Positions 26,485-40,005 of a stretch of 64,000 bases of DNA are shown in pieces. The translations under genes and the position numbers were made by a program. This stretch comes from Octopus vulgaris (Eukaryota), in assembly GCA_951406725.2 (NCBI GenBank), contig OX597818.1, positions 81,964,001 through 82,028,000 on the forward strand, given 5' to 3'. The notes under the pieces were generated by a model. It had not been told where the DNA came from, did no database searches, and saw nothing but the letters and a program-made list of their open reading frames with translations. Numbering within the stretch: position 1 is the stretch's first letter; the number at the start of each line of letters is the position of its first letter.

Positions 26485-26718
26485 TTAATGGAACTGCTCA
26501 TATCCTACGCAAAATACTTTCTTTGTAATCATAAATTTTAAAATAAACATAATTTTCGTATGGTTTTTTAGGCATTCACTTGTACAACACTAAGTACAAA
26601 CCAAATATATGACACCCTAGGCATAACACCAACATGAACTTCCAACTTGTTGTCTCTTGAGGTCTCTGGGTGAGACTTGGAGCCAGCTTGTGCAAATGTA
26701 AAGCAAAAGTCAAACATA
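26484..26718 (+). mobile_element. R4/Dong-like non-LTR element 3' end embedded in (TAA)n/(TAC)n
   Basis: Encodes LMGTAHILRKILSL*, the C-terminal motif of R4/Dong ORFs, followed by a 3' UTR homologous to 43436-43711 (minus). Confidence 0.8.
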
Positions 26719-26721
26719 GAA

Positions 26722-26872
<151 letters not shown>

Positions 26873-28308
26873 AAGAATAACAAGAACACTTAGCGCAAAC
26901 CTCCCCCAGGGTAACACCAACGTCCTCTCAAATATTAGCCTGAGATGATTTTTAAAATGACAATATTTGAAATAAACACGACTGCTCTCGCAAACGAGAA
27001 TACTAAAAGTGAACGCGACCGCTCTCGAAAATTAAATAGAAATACCGGAAAAGTAATCCAAAATCCTTGTCCGGTACTTGATTAATTCCAAAGATATTTT
27101 GGAATGTGCAGGGGGGTGTGCTGGCCGTGTTTGTAATGCTGTGTGTGTGTCGTCTGCAGTGGGAATAGGGACAGTTTTTCTTTATCAAGGCCGTTTTTAG
27201 TCTATCCACTGATATAGTGCCTTTACGACCACTAAGTTCTATAGCGAAAAAATTATCCGCGCTTGAAAGAAAACGGAAAGGATCTGCATATGGTGAGTTT
27301 AGCAGAGTTGAGTAGAAGTCATCCGAACATGCGATATAACAAACTCAGTGCTAGAAAAGCAGTTGTCAAGTAGATAAGAAGTTTTAAACAGGAGCAATAT
27401 ATTCAAAATTGGTAAAAGTAGAAATTGTCGAAGATATTCAATTTATTATTTTTACTGAATATGTTAGTGTTATTTAATTTCTGAACGGTCTTACTGCCGT
27501 TTGTTTATGTAGTTTGACTTCTTTATCCACTAGTTTTCTACTAAGGTAGAAACGCAATTAAAATTAATAATAGAGAAATGAAAACAAAACGTTGAAAGCA
27601 GCAACACCGCCATAACATACGTGGAAACCATAAGAAGGCTTTCAATGCAGATAATCAAAGAAAGACTTGAAAGTGAATGTAACACCGTAATATGTCGTGT
27701 AAAGTAAATATAACAAATAATCCAGAATCCTTGTCCGGTACCGAATCGATCCCAAAATCTAACCAGTTCATGCCAGTTACGAGGCCAAACATCACTGAAA
27801 GTTTAATCCGAATACATTGAGCGATTTTTGAGATAACTTGTCCACGGACAAAAAAACCTAACACGACTGAAAACAATACCTCCGCGTTCGCCAAGGCGGA
27901 GGTAATAAAGGCATCGAAAGGGCGATGCATGCCCTGGGCGTGCACACAGGTAAATTAAAATTTAAATTAATAATCTCAGACGTATTCATATTTCAACAAA
28001 AATTTCTCCTGCTTATCTTTTATACATATATAACAAACAAACAAAAAACATTTTGAGTTACCAGATCAAAATTTAATGAGTTCGAGCCATTCATCCAATG
28101 TGTATTTCTGCCTAATTTGAAGAAATTCCGTTCAGCTGTTTTCCAGTTATTTTGCAAACACACAGACAAACAGACAAAGGTGTGCGACTATAATACCCTG
28201 CCTACTACTAATAATAATAATTATCATTGTTTGTCCCGAACGAACTAGCATATGCATACGTATATATATATACACACACACACATACATACATACATACA
28301 TACATACA

Positions 28309-28386
<78 letters not shown>

Positions 28387-28399
28387 ATATATATTTATA

Positions 28400-28446
<47 letters not shown>

Positions 28447-28501
28447 GAGCACGCACGCGCTTGCACCCACACACATATGTATGTATCTCTCTCTCTCTCT
28501 C

Positions 28502-28582
<81 letters not shown>

Positions 28583-28639
28583 CGTATGTATATTGTTTTG
28601 CAATCATTGTGACCTGGAATTTGATAATAGTGATGCATC

Positions 28640-29210
28640 CTTCCATGTGCATATTACTAAGTTTGCAGGGAAATGCAGACGACTAACTGAGTGGATTTTT
28701 TGAATTTTCAGAACGAGAGACCATAAAGGTCCCATGGAGGACATTTGTCCTAAGTCGTCTTGTCTAAGGCTTGGAACTACGGATCTCGAAGCATTCAAAG
28801 GAAGATATAGGAAAAAAGCCTCAATGCAACAAATTAGCTATGGAGAAAGTCTCAAGAGTTTAAGACTGGAACGAGGGTAGGAGAAATATATGCCATAATA
28901 TACATCATGGAAAGACTGGTCCAAAATTTTGCGTTGAAAGATATACAAACGTCAGAGCAGAGTTCCATAGCGAACTGCCAAAAATTCCTTCCCCGCCGTC
29001 AACATGTAGGAAACTGAAATAATTTGTAATTCAAAGGCGTCATAGTTCTTCAAAATCCTCCCGAAGGACCTAAAAGACCTGTACGGTGTGGATGTAAACG
29101 TCTTCAGAACTATACAGGTTATCAAGAGTGTCAGATGCCTCAACTTTACGGCGAGAAGTGGGGAATGAGTGTAGCCTCATCAAACTCTCTCATTAACCAA
29201 AAGCCAACTA
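28640..29210 (+). mobile_element. CR1/L2-like LINE 3' relic
   Basis: [23 protein letters not shown]; DLEA..ASMQQISYGESLKSLRLER..YAIIYI. These match the C-terminal SY.ERL..L.L..LE.RR signature of CR1-group RTs. Confidence 0.7.
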
Positions 29211-29304
29211 CTAAAGGTGGATTAATAAGTGTGTGGCGAGTTGGTAGTGCCGCAACATAAGCCGAATCTAAAAAAAGAGCAAAAGTGTAAAAAGTATACA
29301 TAAC

Positions 29305-29604
29305 GATAAATGTCGCCCTTTTCAAGCCTAGCCGAGCTCATGGGGCCGGATTCCCGGTTTCTGTGTGGTATGTGTTCCCCCCAGCTGGACGGGACGCCAG
29401 CGTTACTCAAGAAACAGGAAGAGAGAGTGAGAGAAAGTTGTGGCGGAAGACTACAACAGGGGTTTCCACCACCCTCTGCTGGAGCCTCGTGGAGCTTTTA
29501 AGTGTTTTCGCTCAATAAACACATACAACGCCCGGTCTGGTAATCGAAACCTCGATCCTCTGACAGAGAATCATCTGCCCTATCAACTGGGCCATTGCGC
29601 CTCA
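29305..29604 (-). mobile_element. tRNA-derived SINE family C (variant tail)
   Basis: Minus-strand head GAGGCGCAATGGCCCAGTTG (A box) .. GGTTTCGATTACC (B box); head and body shared with 41940-42307. Confidence 0.8.
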
Positions 29605-29709
29605 ACAAAAAATTATACATACATACACATATATTTATATATAGCAAAATTCAACATACTAATTTCATTTGTCCTGCAGTTCTTACGTTCCTGTCCATCG
29701 ACATGTCTG

Positions 29710-29838
<129 letters not shown>

Positions 29839-30367
29839 GAATGATAGAATACTCACATACATGTGTATAAGTATATATAGCGACTTATATATGAAATTAA
29901 ATTAAAAATATATTTGCACACTTACAGATTCAAACACACGTTCATAAGAATATTGATATATAGCTGATATATACATTTTTGCTTCATATTCTAAATCTCT
30001 AAAGATATATAGCGATTCCATCTCTGCTTCGATTTCTGACTGAGAATATTCATAACATACTTATGGGTAAATATATTTGTTTTGTTTACCCTCCCATAGC
30101 GTTCTTTGACAAACAATGCAAACTTATTCGAAGCGATTGTTGGCGTCTTCATCAGACTACTGTTTTTACAATGGTTAATATGTATGTATGTATGTATAAG
30201 TTTATATACATGTACACAGATATATTTATGCGTATGAATACACATGTATATACATATATAATATGTATTCTAGCATCTATGCATCTATGTATTTATATAT
30301 TTATGTACACATCTATTTATACTCTAAGTTCTCGGGCACTGTTTTACACCTACGTATTTTGCATTTG

Positions 30368-30420
<53 letters not shown>

Positions 30421-32838
30421 ACATCTAGATTTATATACATATCTATATAAACATACACACATATGAGCACATCCACACTTAAACACACACACACACACAC
30501 ACGTGTGCACACACGCACGCACACACATACAGGGACACGCACACATATACATATGTATTGTAAATTTGATTTGTACGGTTAATTTGGTGAAATTTAACGA
30601 CAAAATTCACGAAAAATACGAACAGCTTTGACGGTGGTTGGTTTTATTTAGTGTTAAAAAACGTTGGATAGCTTTGAACATTTTACCTTGGAAAATGTTT
30701 ACTAAAAACTTCCTAAAACAGCAAATGAAAATACAAAAGACTTTCTTACATTGTTGATTTAGGACAAATCACCGTGGATTCTTGGAAATTTACTCAATTT
30801 GAAGCATGAAACAAACGTGGACCCTTGATAATTCAAGTGCAATGAAAAACCGGTTTAAGTTGTGTCTACCTTTTATAATCAAATCACAAAATATTGGGTT
30901 GCGCAGGATTAGTCTAGTGACTGGTTAGTTGAATATTTCTGTCCTGGTTCCAAAAGTATTTGTGAGAAAAATAATTCAAGCATAATGCACGTTTATATTT
31001 CCACAACGCTTCTGATCATAATGCAAATCATCATTCATTCTACCATTTCATATCTCTTCAGGTAGACTTCATTCCATCAAACACACCTTTGCTACAACAG
31101 CCTATGAATGAAGGAATCGTTTTCATTTTCGAGAAATATTAATTTTAAGAATAACTTTAGGTCAGTGGACTACACCTACATCCATTCATCCTTCCATGCA
31201 GTTTTTTTCACCCATGCAGTAACGGCAGTAGAGTCATTAAGGGTCTCCATAGTGTCCTCTCAGAAGCAAACGCCATTAGATTCTTGCTTCTGAATTTCGA
31301 AGCATGACTAACTGAAACCATGGATATTACTCAACAATCTTGTTTTTCATCTATCCTTAATTTTGCTGCTGGTTGACTTAGTTTGAAACATACGTCCTGC
31401 TATACTTGCCTGTCACATTCTTTTCCCATAACCGTAGTACCACAACTGTGCTCCCTCAACGCGAATAAGTTGCGGGCTGAACGAGTAGAAATTTCTTGGC
31501 ATCCGAGCTACGCAATCTTTTAAGTGACGTTACACCGGTGACCCTTCGTTGGGTCCTCGTCTCAGTCGCTTTATTACATCTTCTAATGATATTCCTATAT
31601 TAGTAAAATAAATTCAAACTTTGCTGTAGAAGCAGTTCTACAATGTAAATATTACCAATAAATCAGACTGAATGTTCGTCTATTGTTTAGACACCAGAAA
31701 ATGCAGTTTATCGATAGGAAAAAAGCCCTTAAAGACAAAATCGCTTTGCTCTGAATTACATTGTGCTTTTGTAGAAGTAAGGCACAAATAAAAGTTGCAC
31801 TTATCTCGAGATGCAATCAATTACAATCCCTCAGATCACGGGAAACTAGTAAGATCTCAGAGGTGTATCTGCACGTACGCTCTCCTCAATCTTTGACCAG
31901 AAAGAACTTCTACCCTACGATCTCTCTGAACACTCGTCCATTGCTCGCAACACATCGTTGAGAAAATAAGCTGATCGGACCTGCCACTTCTTCCCATGAT
32001 GTCATTTCCTCTCCATTCCGAGCCCTTGACGTGATGTCACTTGCTCCTCCTTTTGGTCCCCCATCTTTACTCCACAGTTTTTTCTTAACACTTATTAAAA
32101 GTCTTTAAACGATTTTTCTCCCGGAAGGAAAACTGCATGTTTTGGCGTTTAAACACGAGATGTACATTAAGTGTGTGGTATTGATGACCATAAGTTTGTT
32201 AAAGAATTGTCAGAGAATTTCAAAAATAGAAATCAACATTGTGCAGTAACTTAGCATCGCAAAGATGCATTTGAAAATGTTAGCATATGTATTTTGCTGG
32301 GGATATGGAAATGATTCCATCCAAATCTACTCAAAGAAAAGCATATAAGTGGACCAAACCGGCTCAATCAGTTATAAATGTGAGATCGCGAGATGTTATT
32401 TGAATTGATAAAGATCTCCACCAATCTGAAGTCCTTAAAAAATAAATGGAAACACGTGCCTGATCCTAAAAACAAACTTCAAAACGTTAAAAACCACTAA
32501 TATATTTCTGTTTTATTAAAAGCCTCGTGCTTTTTGAGCGATTTTCAGGAACAACAAACCACGTTTTGAACGAATTGTGAAATTTAGAAGATCTGTAATA
32601 GTAGCGTTGAATTGATTATCGGGAAGAATTAGGGGTTCACATGAAGGCAACATTTCAAACCTCAGTGCACATTATTAAAGAAATAAATATCTAATAGACA
32701 TAGTAGCAACAATCACGTTTAATACATACACACGTAATACATATGTAGATACATACATATATACCAATATGTATGCACACATACAAACATCCACACAACA
32801 ACAAGCACTATATATATATACTTTCCCTTTATAAATAA

Positions 32839-32915
<77 letters not shown>

Positions 32916-34177
32916 CATACATGTATATATGTATGTATGTACGTATAATTTTGGATCTTTTAGTGGAGAAGGTATTAGCTAAAATAAGCATGAATATTTT
33001 TATATCCAATTACGCATAATTTTGTTCAAAAGACATTTACTTTAGAAAGTGTACATATTTTTCTCAATTGAATTAAGTTTAATTTTGTTGAAAAGGTTTT
33101 CTGTATATGTAGGAGTATTATAGGCCTACTGTATTTGAAATAAGTGTATAGTTCTTTCAAATGTTAAAAGAAATGTGATACCGAAATAAAGATAAAAAAA
33201 GAGATATCTGTGAAAATAATATACAACTATAAATATGCATGCAAGCACAGATGTATGCATTCATACATACAGAAGTACACAAACACACACACACACTTAC
33301 ACTCACATGTATGTATGTACACAATTATAAATACGCAATTGTATAAGTTGTATATTTTTGTGAGACTGTTTGCTTAAAGGAAATTTACTAAACAGTTGCT
33401 TCAGAATATTCTTTCTAATATATACGTACACTCATACACACGCACGCGCGTACACACAGACACAGACACACAGACACACACGCACAAACACGCACATATA
33501 CACACACATGTACACACACACACGTGCCGACACACACTCACAAGCAAACATACACATATAACTACACATTTACAGAGGTCTATATATCGATAATTTTCCT
33601 TCGCATTAATTCATACCTCTTTTAATAAAATCCTTATATTTTTGTCATAATTTTTTTTTCATGAAATACGAAAAACTAAAACAAAAAAAAATTAATGCAA
33701 AAATAAATAATATATATGAAAAAATAGTAAATATAAAATCTGTTTTAGAAATTATTTGTTTCGGTAGATTTAGCCTCAAGGGAAACAAAATACGCCATTT
33801 TGAATTGCCATTTTTTCCTTCCAACAGCTGTTGCAGTAAGGAATTGCTGCAATGTACAATTCGACTGCTTTTCCTGGAAGCAACAAATTCTTTCTAAGTG
33901 GATGCACGTTGTATCTTTTTTTTTTCTTTTCATATATTAAGTGATATAAGATAAAGCAAAATTAATTCATTATTCAAAGCATGGAGCGGTTTGTACGGAG
34001 ATGACGATGGCCAAAAGGTGGTATATAAATGTAAATATTCCATATCGAAATAAAAATCCAAGTACACGTTTGCTCGCATGTGCTTATTAATATAAACCAG
34101 TCGGCGGCATAAGCCGCTAGATATAGCAGCCAAATTTTTAAAAGTTGGAAACAGAACGAGTTTACAGAGCGTTATAT

Positions 34178-34578
34178 TTTACTTGTTTCAATCACTGGAT
34201 TTCCAGCCATGATCCAACACCGCCTTGACGGGTTTAGTTGAAAAAATAATTTCTCATTTCTAAAGTCTAGGACTTATTGTATCGATCTCTTTTGTGGAAC
34301 TCTGGTTGAGACGAGCCGTAAAGAAACCAACTGTCAAGCGATGGTGACAAGTGCACGCGTGCACACACGCACACACGCACACACACACACACACACACAC
34401 GCATATAGAAATACTACGGGCTACTTTTAGTATTCGTCCTCTAAATCCGCTCACGATATTTTGGTTGGTTCCCCCGGGGATGTAGTAGAAGACACATCCC
34501 AAAGGTGCCGCACAGTGGGACTGAACTCAAAACCTCGTGGTTTGGAAGTAAACTTCCCAAACACACCACCACGCCTCT
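34178..34578 (-). mobile_element. SINE family A, diverged copy
   Basis: TAGTAGAAGACAC..CCCAAAGGTGCCGCACAGTGGGACTGAAC with internal (CA)n. Confidence 0.75.
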
Positions 34579-35149
34579 GCTGAGGTAACATAATGGAAAG
34601 TGTAATATCTGCATAAAAATGCTGTTGGTTACAACCGGACTGTCTTTTAATATACACCAGCTAGAATGGGTTTAATTTCGAACTAACCATAATTAAGTAT
34701 CGTTTCACTGAAACTCGGAATCTCAGTGGAGCCGTGTTAGTGATCAAGTCGCAGGTGGAGCGACGAAATTTTTGACCGCTTATCATAAACGATTAAGTGA
34801 AATTAACGGTTGAGTGATTTGGATGTTTGATATGTGTATTTCACGCTGCAATTGTTTTAGTTTCAACCCATTCTCAGATCAGCTTACTTGCCAGGCTTAG
34901 TACACCTCTGAAATTTCGATACCTTCAACCAGGCTATCCAAATCTCGAGGAGCACAGTTACTTGTTCTTTAAGTATTTGACTCCGTAATTAATTTTCATG
35001 ATAAATCTCGTACTGATATTAATTAGCCGTGAAAAACTACAATTGGTATCTTCTGCAATATTTTTCAGCATTTTTATAAGTATTAATAATATTTTATAAA
35101 CTTAAGGTTTATAAACGATCACCATATAATGACTAAAGAAAATTGTCAA

Positions 35150-35305
35150 TACACGGTGACCGCTTAATGCTTAGGGTGTTGGACTCATTATTGTAAGATT
35201 TTGGTTTCGATTCCCAGACCGGGCAACGCATTGTGTACTTGAGCAAAGCAATTCATTTTACATTACTCCAGTCCGCTCAGATTGCAAAAATGAGCAATCC
35301 TGCGT
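35150..35305 (+). mobile_element. SINE family C-related head fragment
   Basis: B-box region GGTTTCGATTCCCAGACCGGGC as in the family C head. Confidence 0.6.
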
Positions 35306-37131
35306 AAAATCACTTTCCGCAGTTAAAATTTTGAACTGATATATATCTACTTTGTTCGTTGGAAGACCGAAAGAAGATAGTAACTGCGCAACAACGTCAC
35401 TTCATAAAACACTTTATTTAAGTGAAAATTAATTTATTCTTCGTGGATTGATAGAACAGCTAAAATTCCCAACCTAGAAGTAGGTTGTTATATAGAACTG
35501 AAGTTGTCCTAGATTGCATATGGGCTGGTTTCAGATTGTACAAATATAATTTTCGCAACAGAATCTTGTGTTAAGCTAAGGTTAAATACCACATAGTAAT
35601 GACAGTGAAAATACCTAACAGACGTGCTATGGTGAACCATCCGACTATTAAATGAATCTTCATTTGCTACAGTTATTTCCTCCATTTTTTCGCGCATTGT
35701 CGAGCTGTGGCCAACCCAACCCTATTCTCTCTCATATTACGTCTTGCTTCTTTTATCGCTGTTTCGCTCTTCCTTATTCCGCCTTTCTCTCTCTCGTGCA
35801 CTCTCACTCTCTCTCTCTCAGTTTTCTTACTCTTCTTTCTCTATCTTCCTATTTCACTTTTTATTCACTACTTCCCATCTTGCCTGTCTCTCCTGCCAAA
35901 ATTCTAATTCCCTGATTCACTGACTGAAAATATCAAATATGTTAAACCCATCCTACTTTTCTATCATCAACACAATCTACTCAAAAACGAGAAAATGTCG
36001 TTAGTCTGCCGTGAATGCTAATTTGTTTTTACTGCCAAGCCATAAAAATGTGATGGGTACTTATATTTAAAAAGGGATTGTGAGTGGCAGAACACCACAG
36101 GGACTAACAGGCTGGGACTTCTATGTATCATTTCCAATCTCTGCCCTAACGTAAACCGTTAATATTTTTTTTACTATACTCTTCTTTTTTTTTTTGGCTC
36201 TCACGGGATCGAATTTTATTAAAGAACAGTAAAAAAAGGTAATAATGAAACAACATTTTATCAAAAAGCTCATCATTGCAAAGTTCACATATCTGTTCAA
36301 CCTCATGCAGCAACATGCTTCGAATGGATCTCACGAAACTCTCATAAAAAGAAAAAACTATATTATATTAAATCAGGATGAACGTGGGATTGAATTTTCA
36401 TGGATTCAGCTGGCTGGCTGCTTTTAACAGCTCAGAAAACTTAATGATTAGAAAGCAAAATAAAATGTCATGAACCTCTCTTGAATGCTAACACTTTTAC
36501 TGCACAGCCATAAAACTGTGATAATTATAGCTTTCACCTAAAGAGGGTGACTAGTCACTGAACATAGAGTAACAGACTGACGAAAACCAATTTTTTTTTA
36601 TATATTTGTGTTGCACGTATTGTTTTTATTTGTGCCTGTTTTATTTTTTTCCGCTGCATTATTTGCAACACTCCAAATATAACAAACAACAAAGCTATCA
36701 AACGGTCTCTTAGAACAAGAAAGAATAAAATCTCATGTGTTATTACTTCTTGCTGTGAAATCGTGTCGGTGGTCAGTTTGCAGTTGCGCGACGAAAATTT
36801 GGACATCACATGATATAAATTAGAAGTAAATTTAACAGTTTTTGTGTCATATTAAATGGCTAAAATGGCTCTTTCGTGCTCCTAAATGCTTTAAATTCAA
36901 CGCACAGCCTAAGATCAAGATCAGTACAAGACATGTACAACATCCGAATAAAAAAATTGCTTTATTGAAAGACGCCTTAACTTGGCATTCAAAAATCATT
37001 CTAGGTATGCATCTATTTTTTGCTCTCGTTGCCTCTCTTCCTTTCGCTATGTGTATTTATGTGAACAGAAACACAAGCTGACAAAATCATATGCACACAT
37101 ACACAGACATGCGTGTATATATATATATATA

Positions 37132-37440
37132 TAACTTAAGTATAGCGATTCAAATAACCTAGTGTTAGAACTCAATATAATATTCTTCAAAATAAAACTT
37201 TAGTTGAATACACAGCGTAATAAGAAATTAAATAAATGAAAAAGGAGCAGGAATTACACTATCGACTACATTAGCTTACATCTGTTCTGTTTCTGCTATA
37301 AATAGCAGTCCACTCAGAGTGTGTTTGCATCACCATATAGCTTCGCCGGAGCTTCTGAAATGATGTGCGTGTTTATTTGGGAAAGTATTCACATACGTTG
37401 AAGAGATTCACCGTCAAAAATATAAAAATGCATTAGAGAT
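37132..37440 (-). mobile_element. PLE-like terminal repeat with decayed hammerhead (37273-37353); same family as 38930-39190
   Basis: Minus strand reads AGCT-CCGGCGA-A-GCTATA..TATAGC-A-GAAA-CAGAACAGATG-TA-AGCT. Downstream ACACTAG.TTATTTG..TCGC is shared with the 39-kb copy. Confidence 0.65.
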
Positions 37441-37469
37441 GGAAGTACAGAGTATATATGTATGCACAC

Positions 37470-37593
<124 letters not shown>

Positions 37594-37672
37594 GAACAAG
37601 GATAGAAATTGACATTAATCAATTAAAACCAGTGGCCTAGCATATTAAATAATCCGAAGATTAAAACATTTA

Positions 37673-37710
37673 TTACATACAAAATTTAAACCTTTAAATT
37701 TTGTATGTAA
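37673..37710. repeat. Perfect 18-bp inverted repeat (hairpin/cruciform)
   Basis: TTACATACAAAATTTAAA-CC-TTTAAATTTTGTATGTAA. Confidence 0.95.
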
Positions 37711-37725
37711 AAATCCTTTAAATTT

Positions 37726-37785
<60 letters not shown>

Positions 37786-37912
37786 CAGGCACACAATGGA
37801 CCCCTTTATAGATATGTATTCATATATTCATGAATAAACACACAAACGTACACAGATACATTTATATATAAATATACATACATACATAATACATACATAC
37901 ATACACACACAC

Positions 37913-37943
<31 letters not shown>

Positions 37944-38854
37944 AGTGTCTGTATATACGTATACTACATCTTGTTGTAGATATGATTCTGTAACTGTATG
38001 TGGTAACTTATATATCCAGATATAGTAGATAGTACCAAATAAAACACTGTGCATCTGTTACGCAAGATAATTGATATTTTGTAGTATATAATAATATAAA
38101 AAATATAAATCGTTGATTGATATACCAGCATTTTGTTTCGAATACCTATTATCAAATCTACAACAGTTCATTCAAATTTGATTTTAGAATCTCTGATTGT
38201 GGTATTTTCCAAATACGTTCAAATTTGATAACTATATTTCTTTTTATGTATAAATGATTAACGTCATGCTAAATTATCGTCGGTGCGATTTATGCTCGTT
38301 TTAGTTCAATACCAACAAGATTGATATACTGTTTCATTGCTTCACTGTCATGCTAAGCCTTAAAAGATATTCTTCTCTGCCCCCACCCCTATTTGTTTGG
38401 TACAGTTTATGGTCGTAATCCGATGGCTGAAGCGTAACATAAGAAAAGTATGTGGAACCACCACCAACTATTCTGCTTATATGTCAGTGCACACCTTTCA
38501 ATGCCATGTATGCCCATAAGGTCTGCAAATCAAACGGAGGCCTCGAAAGACATTTTAAGATCCACAAACATTAGAACTTAACTGCAGCTCTTGGTGGTTC
38601 AAATCGGATATGCAATCTATGTGAGCGTCTTTTCATAACATCGTCTGGTTTAAAAAACCCCATCAGATGCCATGATGGTTCTAGGGTCTACGTACAGGAG
38701 TTTGTCAAACTCTGCTTAAGGAGAAGACAACTGCCATGTATGTATTGATAGCATCGTAGATGTACGAAGACATAGTTTGACATATATACATATAATCACA
38801 CATACACACGCACACACACACACACACACGCACACATACACACACACACACACA

Positions 38855-38886
<32 letters not shown>

Positions 38887-38929
38887 AACATACACAAGAA
38901 AATGAGATGTAAAAGAAAGAGACAATTAT

Positions 38930-39190
38930 CTGTACCTCATATTCGAGGCTCCGATGAAGCTATGAAATTTTACTGATGGACTCAACTATGAATCCACTGT
39001 AGCTTATTGCAGAAACAGCAGTAAGCTAATGAAGTTCTTTTGATAATCGTTCATACCTTTGTCATCTTGTCATCTCATTTTCTTATTATCTCTGTGTACT
39101 GGAATAACTCTTCGCTCTGAAGGATATGTGCATTGACCTCCTACACTAGATTATTTGTTTCGCAATTCCTAAGCGAATTTGTATTGATTT
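38930..39190 (+). mobile_element. PLE-like terminal repeat with hammerhead variant (38947-39027)
   Basis: GGCT-CCGATGA-A-GC..GC-A-GAAA-CAGCAG-TA-AGCT. Stem I is GGCT/AGCT, stem III is near-palindromic, and the triplet is GUA. Confidence 0.65.
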
Positions 39191-39274
39191 TAGATATTTA
39201 CTAATTATATATATATGTGTGTGTGTGCGTGTGTGTGTGTGTGTATGCATATATATATATATGTGTGTGTATGC

Positions 39275-39311
<37 letters not shown>

Positions 39312-39332
39312 CGTGTGTGTGTCTATGCGCGT

Positions 39333-39460
39333 TGGCGCAGGAGTGGCTGTGTGGTAAGTAGCTTCCTTACCAACAACATGCCACATAGTTCCGTGTTTAG
39401 TCCCACTGCATGGCACCTTGGGCAACAATCAAAGGACTGAAACAAATAAAAGAATAAAAA
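39333..39460 (+). mobile_element. SINE family A, internally deleted
   Basis: GGCGCAGGAGTGGCTGTGTGGTAAGTAGC..GGCACCTTGGGCAA joined directly to the tail GACTGAAACAAATAAAAGAATAAAA. Confidence 0.8.
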
Positions 39461-39724
39461 CATATATACTGGGTTGGCCAAAAGTCACCCGACGGTACAT
39501 CGACGTTCCATAAATATTATCTGTAGTTCTGTATTGATTCTTATGGGAAATTGTGTCGCTGAAGAACGACTTCAGTTTGAACAATTTTCATAATGCTTCA
39601 GATTTAGATTCTTTTATTGAATTCATTCAGTTGTAATGAATAGCTTTGATAAGGCCGGTTTCTCAGATTCTGTGGCGCGTGGGGATACAATTATATAGTG
39701 GGATACCTTTATATACACTTATAT

Positions 39725-40005
39725 AGGGAGAATTCACACACAAATAAAAACAACAACAAAAGGCGAAGACAGGTGGTGTAGACAACAAACTGATATATTA
39801 GTTTAACGCTAGGGAAGTGAAAAAGTCTTTAACCTTTCGAGCCTCTGCTCTTCACCAGATAGGAACACAGAAAGAAATAAGGAAAGAAAATAAAGAATGT
39901 GTAGTGGCTAGCGATCTATCATGGCGAATGCTGGACAGAAGGATTACACAGGAGAGCTAGGAAGATGGGGAGATAATAAAGTAGTGGTGATCCCAAATAT
40001 TGAAG
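39725..40005 (-). mobile_element. Repeat with minimal hammerhead-like motif (39827-39862); same family as 26190-26400
   Basis: Minus strand reads CTAT-CTGGTGA-A-GAGC-AGAG-GCTC-GAAA-GG-TT-AAAG. Confidence 0.65.

Noticed and set aside
29540-29604. tRNA gene candidates with A and B boxes (also near 42240-42307, 5895 and 47800)
   Set aside because: They continue into SINE bodies and lack a complete cloverleaf, so they are SINE heads.
30600-32670. Complex sequence that may be old DNA-transposon coding relics
   Set aside because: No diagnostic motif identified with confidence; it needs a translated search against TE proteins.
34663-34874. 10-bp inverted pair AGAATGGGTT/AACCCATTCT as MITE TIRs
   Set aside because: Short, no clear TSD, and a single copy in the window.
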